The notes beneath the pieces were generated by a model. It had not been told where the DNA came from. It saw nothing but the letters and a program-made list of their open reading frames with translations, and searched no databases. Shown piece after piece: positions 60,301-64,000 of a stretch of 64,000 bases of DNA. This DNA comes from Oculina patagonica (lineage: Eukaryota). Numbering within the stretch: position 1 is the stretch's first letter; each line of letters opens with the position of its first letter. Both the position numbers and the translations under genes were made by a program. The stretch lies in NCBI RefSeq assembly GCF_052425735.1, contig NC_135763.1, positions 25,482,001-25,546,000 on the forward strand. The letters run 5' to 3'.

Positions 60301-63300
60301 GGAACTTCAGTCAATGAGTCGGACCACCAGGGCAGTCTGGGGGCTTGCAGTTAAAAGGGGGTGTACTCTATCTTCAGCCACCTGAAAACACCTCATCAGC
60401 TAAATGTAAGCAACGGATGGTTTTGCCAAGACGTTTGGTTAGGGAAGTACTTACTTCAATTCATGATGGTGTGGCAGGTGCTCACTTAGGAAGAATGAAG
60501 ACTTTGAAGAAGATGACTGCAAGGTTCTGGAGGCCTGGTCTAACAAAGGAGGTGCATCAGCACTGTGACGGTTACCTTACCTGTGCGAAGTGCAACTCTA
60601 AACCAAAACCAAGAGCCCCTCTGAAGCCAGTACCATCAGGAAACCCCATGCAAAGTTGACATAGTTGGCCCCTTGCCCCGTACTAGAAGAGGAAATCGCT
60701 ATATTTTGACAGTACAATGCAGCTTCACTAAGTGGGTTGAAGCATTTGCGATACCCAACCAGCGGGCCACGACGTGTGCAAAGGTACTTGTGAGGAACTG
60801 GATTTGTAGATTTGGTGTGCCTGACAGTATTCATAGTGACCAAGGTAGCAACTTCGAGTCAAAGGTTTTTGAAGAGATGTGCCGCATGCTTGAGATCCGT
60901 AAGACTCGGTCAACTACGTATCACTTAGAAGGTAATGGTCAAGTAGAGAACATTCACAAGACCCTAAAGGCCATGTTAAAAGCAAGAATTGAAGAGAATC
61001 CCAAGAGCTGGGATGAGCACCTGGACTACTGCATGATGGCTTACCGAAGCAGTGTCCATGCCTCTACAGGTCACACACCATTTGAACTTATGTTTGGACG
61101 AGAGATGAGGATCCCCTTGGATGTGATGATGGGTTCAGCTGATACCACTGATCACTCCTACACTGAATTGTTGCTGATCTTGATGAGAATTTGGAAACTG
61201 CTTATCGAGATGTACGGCAGGGGGTGAAGCACACAGTTTATCAAGCTGGTGATCTTGTCTTGCGTTTTTCGCCAGAACTGAAGCCAGGTGAAGCAAGCAA
61301 GTTTCACAGACAGTGGGAGGGACCTTACCTTGTCGAGAAAGTTGGCGGGCGCTCACGAAAGTCCAAAGTGGTCCATTTTAACAATTTACGATTATATGAG
61401 AGAAAGTCAGAAGGAGTGAGCGAGCGAGCAATGACTGATGCAGTTAGAAGTTCTGAGGGAGATGATACTGAGGTGGTGGAAGGTGAATGTGAGCATGAGC
61501 CACAGGTTCAAGATTCTGATGTTTTAGAAGACAGCGGATATCAGTCCCTTTATACGGATGTTTTGCAGTCTAGTTTGGTGGAAAGGGGTGCAGGTGGTGA
61601 TCCAGTGGTCGGAATGCCAGCAGCGAAGGGTGATACTGGAGGTGACAGTGTGGTGGATGAAAATGTTGAAGGAACTGACACTATCCAACCAGGAGGAGAA
61701 AGTGAAGAGTCTCTGTCTGGTCCAGCTGCCTTAAGTGGCGAGGAGAATGGGCAAAGTGAACCAGAGGTCGAGGAACAGGAGTATGCCTCACAGCGTCAAA
61801 GACCCACTATCCCACCAGGAGGTGAAAGTAAAAAGTCTCTGTCTGCTCCAGCTGACTTAAGTGGCGATGAGAATGGGCAACGTGAACCGGAGGTCGAGGA
61901 ACAGGAGTATGCCTCACAGAGTCAAAGACCCGTTCGTGTCAGAAAACCACCAGATCGATATGGAGAATGGGTTGTAAACAGCCTACAGCAGATTACAGAC
62001 CGTCTTCAGATGCTTGAGGACCAGCAGGCCATGGAAAAGGAGCGATTACGGAAACTAAAGCCAAAATTGTTAAAGAAAGCAAGAGCGTTAAGGGCACAAT
62101 AAGATGTTACTTTGTTGAAAACTTGTTCGAAATTATGCGAATTTGTTAAGAGAACATTGACAGAATATTAAGATGTTACTTTGTTGGGACTGAACTCATT
62201 AGGTTTCATAAACACTGTTCAGCCTTTGGTTATTGACTCTGAATCAGGAGATTCAAGCCTATTTTTCAGAAGAGGAGATGATGTAAGGGATTATAATACC
62301 GGACAGGACGATGCGTTTTACATGAAGTGTAATTAGATAGACCACGTGCGAGAGTCAGCGAGCGAACGTTGTGAATTCGTTCATGTTGTAGCGTCTAGGC
62401 GAGTTTTACGGCTTAATTACAGTTCAGTGAACGTCCTCCTTGTGTGGTTGTGTTCTTGCTCGAGTTTATTACAGCTTACTATGTACTGGGTATTGTTATT
62501 TTTTAATGTACGCCTTTGAAAAAAGATTTACAAAAATCTTTTTTTAGAAAAACTGTCACTGATAAATATTCAGGACGCTGTGCTTTAGAGAGCGACGAAA
62601 AATAAAGATAAACATGACCGATGAATACGAGATATTTTTTAAAGTACTCGTGAACGTTTGGCAGAACTGAAAACAGCCGGGGGTTAAAAGATGAGTCAGG
62701 GGCGAGCACCCACTTCCCCCCTGCAAAGTATTTCTTGCTCTTTCAAAATATATCCACTTCTTAACAAAACTTTTAAAACATGCAAAGTATAATATAATAT
62801 AATTCGTAAGCAAAAGCTTTGTTTGAGAGATTACTATTGTTTTGTGACAACCTCACGCTGTTTGAATTCAATTCATGAAAGAGTTAAACAGCTTTCCATG
62901 ACTTTATTTTCCCACGCAGATCTGTATAGAAAACTGAACTGAATTCAATGTGTTGGGAAAGCTTTATTTTCTTTTTCAGTGATACGGTACACTGCACGAT
63001 AAAATCCTTCTATAAAGAAGTGTGTTTTTGAAAAAGATTTATATTGTTTTGCAAAAATAAGTCAAGATAAACGTAGAAATATGTTTTTAAATATTTTGCC
63101 ACAAATTATCAAAAGCTGAAAAAACAAATACATTACGCCCTATTTTTAACATTGTTGTACACTTATGTGGCTATCGCTTTTAATGCTTTTACCTATAACG
63201 TTGCACTGCTACGTGACAAAGAAAAAAATATATTTGACTAGCTGTGTGAAATGGGCAGGACTAACCGTTCCAGTTACAAGAAAGAAGACTCAAGACTCGT

Positions 63301-63600
63301 ACTTTAAAGGAATATTTTCAACAACATTATTAGTTTGATCTGAGCCAATCACTTTTTTTTAAAGTATTCTATACTTAAATTCACAAAGAGGAAAGAAAAA
63401 TTCTTATTTGTACATTACATTTCATCTTGTGAAATAAATGAGCTGACTGTAATGACACTAAAAAGTAAATACCTTAGCTAGTATACAAAGTTATCAAAAA
63501 CAAATCTTTAAGATGCCTATGCCATACCATCTTGTGCCAAAGTCCATGAATGAGATAGCCAAGAGAAGAACAAACATTGGAGTAATAATACGTTGGGCAT
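53205..63600 (-). CDS. Secreted multidomain protein: signal peptide, PAN/Apple-like, 4-Cys EGF-like, Ser/Thr mucin stalk, two Ig domains, CASPR/neurexin-IV-type fibrinogen-like domain (~650 aa)
   Basis: Exons 63528-63600 (MPNVLLLQCLFFSWLSHSWTLAQD), 57526-57570, 57012-57265, 56599-56698; microexons 56095-56145, 55833-55883, 55489-55536, 55313-55363, 55095-55130, 54905-54955, 54534-54584; last exon 53205-54343. All GT-AG and phase-compatible. Exon 1 and microexon usage are predictions. Confidence 0.78.
54534..56315 (-). other. Array of tandemly duplicated 36-51-nt phase 1-1 Ser/Thr-rich microexons (7 intact, ~3 decayed)
   Basis: Repeated ag|T(G/A)...G|gta exons encoding e.g. VSTIPSLSPPTRSATKN, VLPTSSTNHIKSPIPTR, VVPSSTQSQSSNPPTK, VSTLSSSSSVATPSITN; intron motif taagagtaac..a....tccca repeated at ~55965, ~55205 and ~54735. 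Confidence 0.75.
57012..57265 (-). CDS. PAN/Apple-like domain exon
   Basis: ALQGHVF...CEARCFVEHDCLSYN...CELSDSDH; acceptor tgacag, donor gtaaat. Confidence 0.85.
57952..58157 (+). repeat. 206-bp direct duplication of host DNA (second copy 62474-62679) flanking the Gypsy element
   Basis: gcttactatgtactggg...gaactgaaaacagccg occurs on both sides, differing only at two T-run positions. Confidence 0.92.
58158..62102 (+). pseudogene. Gypsy pol polyprotein remnant (RT, RNase H, integrase) with stops and frameshifts
   Basis: ORF pieces 58328-59488, 59672-60385, 60345-60659, 60673-61227 and 61191-62102. Confidence 0.88.
62282..62473 (+). repeat. 3' LTR (192 bp)
   Basis: Follows a polypurine tract; TG...CA termini with a TGTAA/TTACA inverted repeat. 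Confidence 0.75.
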
Positions 63601-64000
63601 GTTTAGCAAATGAAATTAACGAAACACTCAGTTCGACGCGACAAAGTACACGTCAACTTACACGCAGTCCTACCCAACTTATTCCACAGCCTAGTTGTTT
63701 TGTAGAAACTTTTTAATGTTTATTTGTGTTTTTATTTAACAAGAACAATTGTTGCTAAGCAACAGAGTCAATGAATTGAATCTTTTACAGATGAAACAGT
63801 GGGTTTGAATGCACTTGCGATATCGCTTTCAATCTGTGGTATTGAGTCATTCAATCTGAAAAGATAGCCCTTCGGTGTTAAAAGGAAAATGCCTCTAAGA
63901 ATCGAGCAAAACTAAAACTTCGCGGCCACAGTCAAAATGTTGTATTTACCCATATTTTCCCATTGAAAGGTATTATCAAATAACTAAACGTGGTGTAGTT

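Larger units (their letters stand above)
58158..62473 (+). mobile_element. 5'-truncated Ty3/Gypsy LTR retrotransposon in intron 1 of the secreted-protein gene
   Basis: Protease tail (DCILG), RT (LDLASGYWQ, YLDD), RNase H (LDTDAS), integrase (HHCC with one C mutated, D-D-E); PPT agaagaggagatga; 3' LTR 62282-62473 (TGTAA...TTACA). No gag or 5' LTR. Confidence 0.92.

Overview
AT-rich, intron- and transposon-rich animal genomic DNA. The repeat families and gene content look like a scleractinian coral or other anthozoan (inference). Genes reconstructed by hand from GT-AG junctions: (1) a 3-exon divergent Rab6-like GTPase (minus, 1051-13232) whose 10-kb second intron holds a recent ~2-kb inverted duplication carrying two intact, convergent single-exon class A GPCRs; (2) two tandem 6-exon SLC33A1 (acetyl-CoA transporter) paralogues (19935-34372 and 41858-51300), the first with an in-frame stop in its ancestral N-terminus and substitutions in otherwise conserved motifs; (3) between them, a single-exon GT10 (alpha-1,3-fucosyltransferase-family) gene with a rewritten donor-sugar motif; (4) a secreted signal peptide-PAN/Apple-EGF-mucin stalk-2xIg-fibrinogen-like gene (minus, 53205-63600) whose stalk is built from tandemly duplicated ~51-nt phase-1 microexons, some of them decayed. 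Mobile DNA includes a four-level nested DNA-transposon stack (26121-33477), a hAT element containing a 1.2-kb Galileo/P-like foldback, a 5'-truncated Gypsy element flanked by a 206-bp host duplication, Penelope-type minimal hammerhead ribozyme motifs, tRNA-derived SINEs and many MITEs. Transposon superfamily calls rest on terminal sequences, TSD lengths and remembered motifs, not database searches.
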